NCBI GenBank assembly: GCA_964016885.1
Contig: OZ024742.1
Span: forward strand, 209,436,001 to 209,500,000
Source of the DNA: Eledone cirrhosa
Taxonomy: Eukaryota
Length of the DNA: 64,000 nucleotides
Direction: 5' to 3'
This document shows positions 26,845 through 41,177 of the stretch, piece by piece. The notes beneath the pieces are model-generated. The model had not been told where the DNA came from. It saw only the letters and a list, made by a program, of their open reading frames with translations, and ran no database searches. The stretch's first letter is position 1. Each line of letters starts with the position of its first letter. The translations under genes were made by a program, and so were the position numbers.

Positions 26845-28464
26845 ATATATATATACATGCATACTTGCATACATGTATGCATACATACAAACTTACATAC
26901 ATATATACATACATGAGTGTGTGCGCGTCTGTGTGTACATACATGCATATACCGTATACACAGATATCCTGATAACAAATTGATTATGAATTGTTGGGAA
27001 AAAATGGTGGCTAGTAGCTATCTTGAAATCATCGGTCTTTTTTTTTATTCAGTTTAATATAATCTTCTTCTTTATTGCTTTCTTTGGCTGCCTTTGAGGT
27101 AGGGTTTTAGTAACAGCTTGGAAAACTGCAATTTCAGCATTGATTCAGGGACACATAAATCCGTTTAGCACATTATTGGCCAGACACCATCTGGAGTACT
27201 ATTGATTTCTTATCTCTAAATAACCATATCTTTGCTGGCAAAGAAGGAAATGTATTCTTGTTTAAGGTAAAATTGATATTGAGTGTGAGATATGGAGATA
27301 TAATAAGGTAATACTTTTGTTTTAGAATATCTAGAAAATATATAAAAATTAGTCAAAATATATATTATGTTAGAATACAGCATGGGTTTGGTAATAGAGG
27401 AAATGAAAGATTTTATAATTCTTTAGTTTTTATTAACCATGAGGCGTGTGGCTTATTGGTTAGGCTCATAATTGTAAGCGTGAACGAGAAGACTGTAGAA
27501 ATTAGTTCTGAAATCCAGAGTAGTTTTAGTGTATCTAGGAGCACCAACGAAAGCATATTAACTTTGAGGTGACAGATATTTCCAGGAAGAGAAGGCTTAT
27601 AGAATCTGCTTTGGGTGTCCAGACATAACCATTCAGTTTCATGGAGTCACATGAGCTCGTGCTCATCTTCTCAGTCAATAAAATAATGCAGGATTGTGTA
27701 TTTTCTATGATATGTGTATCTGCGAACTTCTTTTCGACGATGACTCAACTCTCATAACTCATTATATGGAAGTTATCCAGAAAGTTACACCCCCATTATG
27801 CATATGCGGTGACAATTTGTATCCTGTCAAATAAAATATTTAAGAAGAATGAAATGACGTATCAGCCAGAACCTGGTGTGCCAGACAAGAATCCTCGTCT
27901 ATTCTTAGCGCGGATTAACTTCTAGTTGGGGAGAAGAAATTTACATGTGTGAATATTATTATTTCTGATGACGACATCCATGGTATGGAGAGGGCTTATC
28001 ACATACAGTCTGTTGCGAGGGCTTTCAAAAAACCCAACGACCGACTGTAGGAATAACGTGGTATAAAATCGTTGGCAAATGCAAAATGTTTCGAGCAATA
28101 GTGCTATCTTTTCCGTTGTAGTTTGCGTAGACTTACACACATCAAAAACCTGTCGAACTACCAGCTGCCTATCTACATTATATGATGAACATTTCCTGGT
28201 GAGGCCACATATCCCGATAGGTGATATATATTTATATGCAGTGCTACGTAAAAGAGTAGCATCGTTGATAGAGTTACTTCACTAGTAAAATAAGAAACAA
28301 AAACGATTATTTCTGCAAATAATCGTAAATTTTAAATAAATAATATAATTAGTTTTGTATGAAATAATTTGTTTTCGTGTGTATATAAAAAAACATTAGT
28401 TGCATTCTCAACGTTAATTTAATATTTTCAAATATATAAGTGTGTGTGGGGTGTGTGCGTATAA

Positions 28465-28495
<31 letters not shown>

Positions 28496-28599
28496 TAGTA
28501 ACATTGACACACACGTGCACACACAAACATATCATACACAAAACACCAGCATCAATAGTTTTCCAAGAGAGAGCAACAGGAATTGACCTATTATTTTTC

Positions 28600-28780
28600 T
28601 CTAAAGGATTTTTTCCAATTCCGCCCTGAAAATTTTCTAATTTCTCATTTTTTTCTTTTAAAGAAGGACTAGCGTCTGAAACTTTAAGATCTTCTTCCTC
28701 CTATTTCAAGCGTTAAACTATTAATACATTCCTTCCATATACTGTACAGTTTGTGTTGTTATTTCCGTTTATCTTTTACA
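28600..28780 (+). repeat. Degenerate pLTR of the same PLE family as 53450-53600
   Basis: AGAAGGACTAGCGTCTGAAACTTTAAGA..TCAAGCGTTA..CTTCCATATACTGTAC..TTGTGTTGTTATTTC matches the reverse complement of 53455-53570. Confidence 0.65.
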
Positions 28781-29050
28781 CACACACACCCACACACGCA
28801 TATATATATATATATATAGCTGTTTTAAAGGGTCATAGCTGTTGAATAATGGTTATCACAGAAATATAATATATATCAGCGAAAATTGGATAAACGAAGT
28901 TAATTTTAATCTGTTGACTTACACTTCTTGTTTTTAAATTACTCCGGAGTAAATAGACCCACCTGCGCACTTTGTTGAGTGCTCTACCCTGCATACAGAA
29001 GGGTCGGTAACCAAGCAACACATATGCAAATTTCTATCTATCTATCTATA

Positions 29051-29093
<43 letters not shown>

Positions 29094-29100
29094 ATATCTA

Positions 29101-29205
<105 letters not shown>

Positions 29206-29294
29206 ATATACCCCACTCTCAAAAATGAAAGTAATATTAACATTTAGTACTGCCTCTTCGCTTCGTCGTTGTTGTTTTTGTTTCCTGTTTCAAC

Positions 29295-29338
<44 letters not shown>

Positions 29339-29341
<3 letters not shown>

Positions 29342-29499
29342 GATAAATCTACCAAGAGTTTACGGTAATTTTGTACATAGATCTGTTGAATATGCATGCC
29401 AATTCTAACACATATATACCCTAGAAACGATCGTTAAATAATGAACTTTTTTTGTTTAATATAAGGAACTGTTTCATTGTTTTATTCATTATTTGTTTA

Positions 29500-29510
<11 letters not shown>
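29339..29510 (+). repeat. Deleted copy of the repeat found at 47217-48566
   Basis: GTAGATAAATCTACCAAGAGTTTACGGTA (as at 47217) joined directly to sequence matching 48425-48566. Confidence 0.8.
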
Positions 29511-29596
<86 letters not shown>

Positions 29597-30083
29597 AGAT
29601 ACATATATACATACATATATACATATATACAGAGAGAGAGCGAGAGAAGGAGAGATTTGTAGAAGATTAAGGATGGAGATGTGGAGATAAGTAACATATT
29701 TATATATGCAGAAGTTAGTGTATGGCATGAAAGATGTAAATATATATGTAATTGTTTGAGTTTTTGTGGGTGTGCAGAAAGTAAGACTGTGAGCATATGC
29801 TGGAAACGGTCGAAAGGTAACTGGAGTAATTCGGTGAAAAAATTGTTTATATGATGAGTTCAGAGAAAGCAAAATATGATACCGCTGTTTATAGCCACAC
29901 ATCACACCATGAATACTTACACAGGGATTTGATTCAAATTAGATATGAGGGGAAAGGATCAGATGTGTGCTTAACGTGATTCCAATTTCTAGGATGGGAT
30001 AAGACATCGTATTTTAAAGTTAACAAAGTTAACAAGCCACTGGTTGTGAAATCGTTGTAACTGAATTAACTATATATACATAC

Positions 30084-30115
<32 letters not shown>

Positions 30116-30463
30116 TCTTCTCTATAAGTCTTATATATCTCTTATGTGGGCTGATAGTGATTGGATTAAGGAATTGCAGAAACCCAAGAAGCTAGATTTA
30201 ACATCGTTCTAGCGGGTCCGGGTAAGTTTTTTACATTCATTTAATTTATTAATTTATTGATATTTTATTTGAGTGACCCGAATCTTCCTGGTCGTTTATT
30301 TTCGGCTGCATGGGTGATTTTAGGCATGACCTCTATGTGTTGGTATTTTAACGATAGTTATAGCTCTGATTTTTCAAAATTATTGAGCCCTCTGCCACAT
30401 ATATCGGATATTGTTTATCGTGATTTCGTGGGCTGATATTCCGATTCTCGATTATTCTACTAT

Positions 30464-30594
<131 letters not shown>

Positions 30595-31006
30595 ACGATA
30601 AATTAACGGAGCCATAGAGTCTCGCCATTTCCTGTAAATAATTTGCTCAAAGGAGAAGAAATCCTGAGCTCTTTAAAATACAATATGTTGAAAAGGTAAC
30701 ACACCAGAGAGAGATATACAGTGCGCTATCAATAAAACAGGGGGAAAAACCACCAGTGTATGGAATCTATAACCTATGAAAGGCATACTATAGACACGAT
30801 AATTAAAAATATAAATTAAAGCGTAAATAAATACCTCTATAATTATATAACACACGTACAAATCCAAAGAGATCTGTTTCGCCAGTAAGTTGTTGACAGA
30901 AATGGAATAACCTAGGTTCCTCAGCGTGTGTAAGGCTATACATTTCAGACAACACTAAGAGAATTTTATTGATAGCGCACTCTCTGGTGTGTTACCTTTT
31001 CAACAT

Positions 31007-31088
<82 letters not shown>

Positions 31089-31437
31089 CTTATATATATT
31101 TCCGAGGGTCCGGGTAAATATTTCAATCATATCTTATTTTGTTTGACCCGCTTAGCGTGTTCGATTTTTTGGCTTAGGTGGTTAATGACTTCTTAACCAT
31201 GGTCTCAGTTTGTATGGCCTTTTAAACTTATGTTTATATCTTCGTATCCACTGAGCGCTTGTCAACACAAATCGGAAGTTGCGTTTTGCTAATTTCTACT
31301 CGTCGGAATGCGATTCTCGCTAAATTTATATTTGTATATATATATATATATATATAAATGGCATGAGCGGAACAAGCAAGAATTAAACAATCTTTTAAAT
31401 AATTAAAATACGATTTAAATATTCACATGTCCAAAAT

Positions 31438-31516
31438 GCTGTTACCGACGGTTTCGCTTCACAAAAGATTGGAAATTCAGAGAATTTCCAATGGAAAGAT
31501 CAGCTCTTCAGATAGC
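31438..31516 (-). ncRNA. Type I HHR with long helix II, within a direct repeat (31340-31482 / 31843-31962)
   Basis: Minus strand: GCTAT-CTGAAGA-GCT..ATTGGAAATTC(TCT)GAATTTCCAAT..AGC-GAA-ACC(GTC)GGT-A-ACAGC. Confidence 0.7.
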
Positions 31517-32059
31517 TATTTCCATTCTATAGGACGTAAAGTCTCACAGTTTGTAAATATATCGCTTACTGCCCGATAGTATGAGGTTAGGCCGTTAAAG
31601 TGACCCACACATAAACAGGCAGTTAGTAAAAGCGGGAATATTATAGACTACTTGTCTGTCACGCTACTAAAAAAATAGCAGCAAGGTACAATATTTTCTC
31701 CTCTACACAGAGGGAGAATATACATAAAATGAGATTAATATCCCCACAGGTACTGATTACCTACGGAAATATATAGGGTGTCTAAAATACATTTGTTGTT
31801 CAATGGTACTAATTTGAGATACCAGAACTATAAAACTGAGATGAGCTGAACGAGCAAACATTAAACAATGTTTTAAATAAATTAAAATACGATTTAAATA
31901 TTCACCTGTTCAAAATGCTGTTACCGACGGTTTCGCTTCACAAAAGATTGGAAATTCAGAGAAATATATATATATATAAACACATAAATATTAGTGAATT
32001 ACCCGGTGTTGCACAGGTTGACGACTAAATGTAAATTTACAAGAATCATTCTTAATTAC

Positions 32060-33290
32060 TTCCGCTACGAGGTAGCGCGGTCGGTCAGGTCACCCCTAAC
32101 GTCTGGTACCTCGATGACGCGACCCTGGGTGGGCCGACTGAGACGTTAGTTGACGACTTTCGACATATCATCCCAAATCTGAAGTTCCTCGGATTGAAAT
32201 CAACCCATCCAATTTTGAGGTGACCAACATCAGCTACGGAGAGGCCGAATTTGCAACGCCGTACTCTGCTCCCATCCCTTCCTGGCCGGTGCTCGGCCGA
32301 CCCCCAAGGACGCCGCATGCATTCTCGGCTCCCCCATTCTCCCGAAAGCCATAAGAGAATGCCTGGAGACTAAGCACGCGGATTTGTTCCGATTAGCAGA
32401 AAGGGTGCGCCTCATTGTCGCTCAGCCAGCGCTGTTCCACTTGAGGAACTGTTTCGCCCTCCCCAAATTCATATTCATGTTGCGTGGTGCACCTTGCCAC
32501 CCCCATGCAGAGCTTCTCGGGGAATTTTACGCCACCATTCGACGTTGTACGCAACTCATCTGCAATGTCAGTTTCGACAGCGCATGCTGGCAACAGTCGA
32601 CAATCCCGGTGAGGTTCGGTGGCCTCGCCCTCCGATAAACTTCAGAGCTAGTTTTACCTGCCTACCTCTCCTCTATCTCCTATTGTCACGCTCTCGTCAG
32701 TAAGATTCTCAGCCAGACGGCCGAACCTCACCTGGACCCTGAGATGGAACAGACTCTGGCCTACTGGACAGCGAAGGCCTCTGTATCTCCCAATATACGA
32801 CTATCCAACGTAACTGAGACGACATCAATTGCAAGCCCTCAGTTAGGCGGATCGAGTCCAGTTTGGAGCAACACCACCTCACCTGCTTCCGCTCCGCTTC
32901 TCAGCCCAACAGTGGAACGTGGCTCAATTCGCTGCGCCCCTCATCAACCGGTACCCCACTTGATGATGAGTGCACTCGGATCGGAGTAGCCCAAAGCCTT
33001 GGCCTCCGGGTGTGTGAGTCAAATAAATGCCGCTGCACGGCGGTTGTTGACAAGTTCGGCCTGCATCCTCTGTCTTGCAGCCAGCATGCAGGCCAGTTCC
33101 CCCAACACGACGCCTTCAACGACATATTAAGAAGAAGCCTGGACGCAGCTGGCTTTCCATCTCAACTGAAGCAAGCAGGCCTAGACTGCGAAGATGGCAA
33201 GCGACTCTACGGACCAACCCTCTTCTCATTCGAAGGAGGTAGATCCCTCATCTGGGACGCCACCTGCTGCGAAACGTTCTCCGTTCCATC
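32060..33290 (+). mobile_element. CRE-clade non-LTR retrotransposon fragment (RT, CCHC, restriction-like endonuclease)
   Basis: WYLDDATLGG; ILGSPI; QSTIPVRFGGLALR; SGTWL..; CRC..DKFGLHPLSC..HDAFND; DGKR...LIWDATC. Confidence 0.85.
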
Positions 33291-34292
33291 TCAGCCCCCT
33301 CTCTTCTACGACACCAGAGCTCTTGCCATCGACTCCCCTTCCCGTTCTGTTTCTTCTTTCGTTCTCATTTCATTTTCTATATCTCCCTATTCTTTCTTTC
33401 CTTTTGTTCCACCCCTTTTTTTCTTAAGGTTTGATTTTTTGCTTTTGAATAAATTCATTCATTTCCTAAAAAAAACCAAAACAAATTAGGGCATATTCAT
33501 TTTAATATGTGATTTAGGGATTTCTCATGAAAAGGTTTTCTATGACGTTTAAAACACTCCAGTGCCGAATGCACTTTACTACAGATATGCTTCCAAACTG
33601 AACAGTTTACTTAGATTGCGTGAATGCCATATTGCCAATATCTATCTATTAAATAAGAACACAGGGATAAGTGAGTTTGCTAAAAGTTGTGATTAATTTG
33701 AAATTTTCATTGAATATAAGATTTTTTCTTGTAACATTTTAATTCTTTATAGAAACTAGATTGTCGAGTGATTAACCCACACTGGAAATATAATCATTCT
33801 TATAACGAGATATGACTAAATGTAAGGCTTGAGAGAACTGAAAGACAAGGGTTATCAGAGCTAAAGTGAAAACAGTGGAATGGACTATAAGTGTAATTAC
33901 TAGCAGAAAAACCAGCCTTCAGGTGGTTTTCTGCTAGCATGTGTAGTGTGTATATTGATATTATACGCAAGTATATATGATACATCAAATAAAACCGTAA
34001 TTGACAATATACACAGAAATTGAACGAAGACTATGTTATATTGTCTTATGTAATCAGTAACGTAATCCATGATACATTAAAAAAAGACGATATTATATAT
34101 AAACTGCATTAGGAGAAAATTAGTGACAGAAATATATGAATATTTATTAAACGATCGCTAACCGGAAGTGTTGACATTTGAAAATATTAAAGAAGTGAAT
34201 CTTTCAATAAGTAATAAAATATATTTAATGAACAGCCACGAAATTTAGTAGATCAATTATGTAATATTCATTTATTATTTATTCAAAGTAAT

Positions 34293-34481
34293 GAAGGCAT
34301 GGATTGGCAGTATCGGTAGAGGGTCGGACGCCATGCTTTGACGCATAGAGTTACGGCCCTTGCCATTCTGAGTTCAAATCCCGCCGAGGTTAACTTTGCC
34401 TTTCATCCTTACGGGGTCGATAAAATAAAGTACCAGTAATGCACTGGGATAATTACTGGCCTTGTGCCAAATGTAGAAACA
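34293..34481 (+). mobile_element. Full-length tRNA-derived SINE with a 19-bp target-site duplication
   Basis: A/B boxes as above; ATTATTTATTCAAAGTAAT at 34274-34292 and 34482-34500. Confidence 0.92.
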
Positions 34482-34894
34482 ATTATTTATTCAAAGTAAT
34501 CCAATTATATTACTAAGGGGATAACAAATTATAAACCGTATGTAGTCCCGCGCTTCTTACTTTATTATAGTTTAGATGAAACAACATTTGATGGACCCCA
34601 GCCTCAGAGATGCACATGACGTTATTTTAGACTTATGCATAGGAATACATTAAACAAAGCATTATGACCATACTGGATTCTGTTTTCATAAAATTTATAG
34701 AACACAGAAGTAGAAATACTGATTTCCAAATTTAGTAGTATATAGATTAATATTGTGATCTTAAAGTTGGGTATATATATTTTTCTCCGTGTGTATAAGA
34801 TTAATGGACAGATAGATAGCTAAATATTAACTAGCTATTCGGTCATACGCATGCACAAAAACACTCTAAATATCATGCCAAATAAAAAGAATGT

Positions 34895-35040
34895 GGATGA
34901 TGATAATGAAGATTATATTGATGATGATGGTCATCATGATGGTGATGAAGATGATGGTCATGATGATGGTGATGATGAAGGTGATGATGATAATGATGAT
35001 TATCATCATCGGTACCATCATCATTATCAACATCATGACA
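34895..35040. repeat. Degenerate (GAT)n switching to (CAT)n trinucleotide repeat
   Basis: Direct reading of the sequence. Confidence 0.85.
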
Positions 35041-35934
35041 ATTAATCAATATGTCGTTTATAATATGAAACATTATTTGATCGATAGAAAATGGATAAAA
35101 TATTGCTTTTCTTTACTTAATTTATTTTTAACACTTTTCCACGGAATATTTTGACAAATATCATTCCATATACTAGGCTTAAGTATACACTGAACTAAAT
35201 AGATCATAATATTTCTATGAATGCTGTGGAACCGTCTGTACGTGAATGGAAAATATAATCTCTATAAATTAGCTTCAACATATTTTCACAAAAAATATAT
35301 TTTCAAGAAAGTTTTCAGTTAAATTTCCTTTCACTCCTTCCACAAACCTTTCTGTCACGACAGGCTTTTCCTTATGTTTCTCTTGCCTTTTTTCTCCGCT
35401 CAAAATATAATCAAAATACGAAAACGACCCGTTTCTAAACTGCATTATTTATTTAATTTTCGCAGCTTTTCTACAATTATCGTCATCTGTACCGTCACAC
35501 CCTCATTTCGATCTAATAAATACTGAGTGGATGAATCATGAGAATTCTGCTTGAAGAGACACGCATTTAAACGGCGTTGCAAGTGTTTCTGCATAGGTCA
35601 CATCTGGCGAGTGGATAAAGAGCCAGCCTTGCGTTTTCGTTGCATTCCAGCAAAGGCAATTAAGTTTTAATATCTCATTTCCACAAGCTAACAATAAAAA
35701 GAAGAGAACACTTCACTACTACAGGAAAAGGCCGGCTACATAATTGACGATTGCTTCATTAAATTACAGTGCTGAGTTCATATCTTCTGAAACGTCTTCA
35801 TAAAATTACGCGAATCGGATAGAGTGCCTATTCCCTAGAAGAAATTAAATAGATTTAATCACAAGTTTCAGGACATTTATCAGAAAAATATCGATTGGGC
35901 TCTACCATATTTCTCTTAGACACTATATTTTAGG

Positions 35935-36410
35935 AGTACTAGGGTCGATTTAAACGACTTTCCCTTTCCGTTCAAATTGCTAACTGCCAAAAGTAGAAAC
36001 AACTTCAGTATCGATAGATCGTCAGAAAACATGCTTCGCAGCATAGAGTTACGGCCCCTTACATTCTGAGTTCAAATCCCGCCGATGTTAGCTTTGCCTT
36101 TCATCCTTACGGTGTCGATAAAATAAAGTACCAGTAACAAACTGAGGTTGTTTTAATCGACTTTCCCCTCCTTCCATATATTACTGGCCTTGTGCCTAAG
36201 GTATTATTATTATCATTGGTGGGTTGGCAGTATCAGTAGAGGGTCGGACGCCATGCTTTGACGCATAGAGTTACGGCCCTTGCCATTCTGAGTTCAAATC
36301 CCGCCGAGATTAACTTTGCCTTTCATCCTTACGGGGTCGATAAAATAAAGTACCAGTAATGCATTGTTATAATTGCTGGCCTTGTGCCAAAAGTAGAAAA
36401 ATTATTATTA
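35935..36410 (+). mobile_element. Cluster of three SINEs: 3' fragment, older long variant (about 36005-36205) and young copy (36218-36410)
   Basis: Repeated B-box GAGTTCAAATCCCGCCGA and core; the long variant has an extra TTTAATCGACTTTCCCCTCC segment. Confidence 0.85.
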
Positions 36411-36613
36411 TCATTCGCTGTCAGACAATGAAGACGTGTTATTGGAAGCTCCGCAAGTTAGTGCATTTTCAAGACGTTTATATTAATTGTTATATTGTTC
36501 CCATCTTTGGCCTGTGAAGGGGAAACTTTGTAATATTTAGGCGTTTCGGCCAAACTTTGTTTTAAAAGAAAAAAAATCTTCGAAAAGAAATACATTTGGG
36601 AATACTATGTATG

Positions 36614-36647
<34 letters not shown>

Positions 36648-36746
36648 CTATTTATGTATATATATTCATTCGCACCGTTTCCTTTCGCTATATGTCTCTC
36701 CACCACTCCCCTACACACCTTTTGAACTCTGTTCCCACACACTTCT

Positions 36747-36780
36747 CACCTGAAGAAGGGCTTATGCCCGAAACGTCGTC
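36747..36780 (+). ncRNA. Minimal HHR in a solo PLE pLTR
   Basis: AC-CTGAAGA-A-GGGC(TTAT)GCCC-GAAA-CG-TC-GT, with AATAAA about 35 nt downstream; stem I weak. Confidence 0.65.
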
Positions 36781-36864
36781 CCCCACCTCCCCCCACTCTC
36801 CTGAGCGTGAATTTAATAAACATTTATTGTACTGCCTCTCTGTTCTGTCCCTGTTCAATTTTAC

Positions 36865-36972
<108 letters not shown>

Positions 36973-36977
36973 AAAAC

Positions 36978-37151
36978 AAATAATTGTTTCTAATTTTTGG
37001 TACAAGGCCAGCAATTACCCAGTGCATTACTGGTACTTTATTTTATCGACCCCGTAAGGATGAAAGCAAATTTAACCTCGGTGGGATTTGAACTCAGAAT
37101 GGCAAGGGCCGTAACTCTATGCGTCAAAGCATGGCGTCCTGCCAATCCACC
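36978..37151 (-). mobile_element. tRNA-derived SINE (small internal deletion in the head)
   Basis: Reverse complement of the 34293 SINE. Confidence 0.9.
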
Positions 37152-37461
37152 ATATATATACAAATAATTTTACGAAACAGTTTTATCAAAACTGTCCGGG
37201 TGTTCGGTTGTTACCACAATTATGGTTTGTATTTATTTTTCTCGATTTATTCTTAAATTGAGTTTGGCAAACCCTATTGTCTGTAGTCAGTATTTTTTTC
37301 ACCTTAGCGATTGTGGTCCATTACGATTTGAACACATATGTATGTCTGTGTTTGTTTTCCTTTTTTTGTTCAGTTATAATATACGGCTCGGATAAACCTC
37401 TTTCTTAGAGCTAATTTACTGAAATGAGACTATTTTGAGTTTCGAACTCAATACATGCTTT

Positions 37462-37523
<62 letters not shown>

Positions 37524-37525
<2 letters not shown>

Positions 37526-37889
37526 ATGTTCGCAGCTAAATTCTATTTCTATTCCATTATAAGTTGAGCCAACTTATACAGCTTCATATGTAAATGAGAT
37601 TAATCACCTCATTTACATAAACGAATATACCATATATTTTTTGCATGTTTTCAAAGTACACCAGTTGCAAGAGTGGAAGAGATCGTCCTGACGAGGACCA
37701 GTTGAGTTCGAAATACATCGACGATTATCACCCTCGCTTCTGCCAGGCACCGCCAGGTGACGTTAGATGCCAGTGTGTTGTTCGTAGCTATGGCTTTCTA
37801 AATGTTTATCTATAAACATACCGTATTTCATTAGAAATACGAAGTTCAAATATTTGTATAAGGCTATGTTCGAGGCTAAATTCTAATCC
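37524..37889 (+). mobile_element. Candidate retrozyme monomer (copy 2) with terminal redundancy, period 340 bp
   Basis: CTATGTTCG..GCTAAATTCTA at 37524 and again at 37864; central HHR. Confidence 0.8.
37682..37725 (+). ncRNA. Minimal type I hammerhead ribozyme
   Basis: ATCGTC-CTGACGA-GGAC(CAGTTGA)GTTC-GAAA-TACA-TC-GACGAT; perfect 6-bp stem I. Confidence 0.88.
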
Positions 37890-37895
37890 CATTTT

Positions 37896-37947
<52 letters not shown>

Positions 37948-37952
37948 TTATA

Positions 37953-38042
<90 letters not shown>

Positions 38043-38130
38043 CTGCATCGATTTAGCCCGACTCTGGTTCCAAAACTCGTTAGACCTCTGTTGTAGTAAT
38101 GACAGAATATATATGTATGTATACGTGTGC

Positions 38131-38164
<34 letters not shown>

Positions 38165-38249
38165 GCACACATATACATACATATATATTCTGTCATTACT
38201 ACAGAATATATATGTATGTATGTATATGTGTGCGTGTATATATATATAC

Positions 38250-38392
38250 ACTGGAAGAGGAAGCTTAACGTATGATGATGCCCTAAGGACAGACACTGGT
38301 CTGTTGGAGACGCAGGACATGGCAGCGATAATGAGGGACGGAGATCGCTGGAGAGAACTCGTCCATGGATCTCTGGAATTTTACCCGCCCTA
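38250..38392 (+). pseudogene. RTE-type LINE extreme 3' fragment nested within an inverted repeat (38041-38122 / 38415-38498)
   Basis: [33 protein letters not shown] resembles the RTE C-terminus GRP..TY.D.L..DTG...M.DR..WR. Confidence 0.7.
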
Positions 38393-38681
38393 GATATATA
38401 TATACGCACACATATACATACATACATATATATTCTGTCATTACTACAACAGAGGTCTGACGAGTTTCTGAACCAGAGTCGGGCTAAATCGATGCAGACC
38501 TAACCATGAGCTGATTTTAAGGTTCACTTAAGCTAATAATGGCCAATGGTCAGTGGCTACAAACACACTCACACAAACATACATATGGCCTCACTCCCAC
38601 ACAAACACAGTCATATACTTATATGTACACATATATATAAATATATATATACACACAGATACATACATATATATACACACA

Positions 38682-38748
<67 letters not shown>

Positions 38749-39186
38749 TACATACATATATATACACACACAATATATATATATAAAATATAAATATTTA
38801 CATATACATAAAGTCACAGATATATATGTGGCAACCGTTCACGATGTGGCTCAATGAAGAATTAATAAATTAAATAATCAGAGCAATATATCATAAATCA
38901 TGTCCTTAGAATTATTAGATAAAATATATACAATTTCTTCTCCCAATTAGCATAATTAACCATATAAACGATATATTTGGTCAGTTTCTACATGCTGTTG
39001 AAATGTTGGGTAAATACTCTATTGTGGTCAACCGCGAAGGGGCTGCTTTCGGTTATTTACCAAATATTTCTTCATAGGAGCCTTTATTCTTATAGCCTGG
39101 TCTAATTGATTTTTTATATGGTTAATTATGCTAATTGGGACTGAAATTGTATATATTTTATCTAATAATTCTAAGGACATGATTTA

Positions 39187-39236
<50 letters not shown>

Positions 39237-39279
39237 CCATACTAAGAGTGAGAAATGAAATTTCGTTTTCATTTTATTT

Positions 39280-39341
<62 letters not shown>

Positions 39342-39352
39342 ACATATATACA

Positions 39353-39650
39353 TAGAAATAGGATTTCGCTTCAAGCATAGCTTTATACAGATAAGTATAG
39401 AAATTTCGTATATCTAAAGAAACAGTATGTTTACAGAAAACATCTAGGAAGCCGTAGGTATACAAACACCGGGGGTTAACGCCCCCTGGTGGTGTCCAGC
39501 AGAAGCAAGGGGGTCTGCTGTCTTTGCATTCCAGGCTTGAGTGGCCTTCATCAGGACGATCCCTCCTACCGCCTGCAACTTCTGGACTTGAAAACAGTCG
39601 AGAATATATATTTTCTCATCTGTGTAAATCTCATTTGCATATGAAGCTGC
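39353..39650 (-). mobile_element. Candidate retrozyme (copy 3, HHR degenerate)
   Basis: Minus strand ATCGTC-CTGATGA-AGGC..; flanks colinear with copies 1, 2 and 4. Confidence 0.7.
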
Positions 39651-41177
39651 TAGTGTGTGTGTGTGTGTGGGTGTGTATGTATTTGTGTGTGCGTATGTAT
39701 GTGTATGTCCGTTGGGGCATACGTATGTACTGGCCTAAATCTTCACTATTTACTTTTACTATTTTAATAACCTCTGTCATTTTCGTTTTCAATTTTATTT
39801 ACATCATTCTTGAACTCCGGGGCTGGAAATCATTCGGTTATTTTAAATAGAATATTAGTCTAACGACTCCATTTATACCATAAACTTGGTCTTGTCTTTA
39901 CATGAAATTGTTCTTCACGGTCCACATAACGACGTATTATCCTCGCTTTTTTCCCGTTCATTGCCAGGGAACATCTTCACGAACCAAAATATCGTCTTCC
40001 TGTTTTCGTTCGGTTGCAACGTTTCTCGAAATATTTACTTCTGCGTTCACAGATTACTTTCAGTTCAATTTGAATGGGAAATTCCTGTTTCATTGATTTC
40101 CTCCGTAACTCTGGAAGCGTGTAGCTTGAAAGTCGACCCAACGCCTCCTCGGGACATTCTGCATAACTGTGTAAATTTTCGCTGCATTCCACCAAGCCGT
40201 TTCGACGTTTATCCGACTATACCTACATATACAACGTCCGACCACTTCCAATTTTTATAGTAGATTTGTTTGTATATGAATGACAAAAAGAAAAGTACAA
40301 AACTATACATGAATTATTTCTACTAAACCTTCAATTTAAGACACAACCTACATATTTGATAGGACTCCAGCTCACACCTTCTTCTTCTTCTTCTTCTTCT
40401 TCTTCTTCTTCTTCTTTTGCTCCCCCTGGAACATTGGGCTGCGAGCCACCCCCACACAACGCCATGTTCTGAGTCTGCTTTTCAACTCCACCATGATGTA
40501 CGGTGCGTCATGGTGTATCTAACCATTTTTTTAGGTCTTACTACGGCTGATTTCTTCCAGAGAGAATGAAAGAGATGGAAAAAGGCAGAGAAGATTCATC
40601 CCCGGAGGAATAATAAAAAATGTTTACACTGCACATTTCATTTTTTCAAAGCTAAAGCTGCCGATCCAAAATCAGTAATTCAACTCCCTGAATACTTTCA
40701 AATATATGCTGTTCTAGCATGAATATTATGCTAAGGGGCAGCTGTCCACAAAGTAAGATTTACTTGCATATCCCCGCTCATATAAACACATAAATACATG
40801 CATACATACATTACAGTTGATATTTTTTTTTATTAAAGCGTTGTCATATAATATATATATATATATATATATATAGTGACGAAACCTAAGTCAATTGCAT
40901 GAACTCATAATCCTTTATTTACTGCTTTATTTGTATGAAATTTTAAATAAGACAAAAGTATTAGAACAGGGGGAAATAACTCACCGAACGCGATAGTAAA
41001 TAGACCATTTTGGGGCCCCAGGGAACAGATTTTTCAAGTTAGAGATTTGAAACCTCGCCTATTTGCTTCCTTGGCACTTTTTACATAGGTGTGTAAATTT
41101 TCATGCTCGTCCGACCACGTCTACTACCATTTAACCGTGCACAACTGAATTTCAACCACCATCCATTTCACAAATAT

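Noticed and set aside
27560-28290. Higher-complexity segment that might be a decayed transposase or exon
   Set aside because: The frames I could translate are interrupted and no recognisable motif was found
34293-34400. tRNA gene (A and B boxes)
   Set aside because: No cloverleaf; it is the head of a multi-copy SINE with a target-site duplication
34851-35154. Asp/His-rich or Met-rich protein
   Set aside because: (GAT)n/(CAT)n repeat, open in several frames, with no supported splice context
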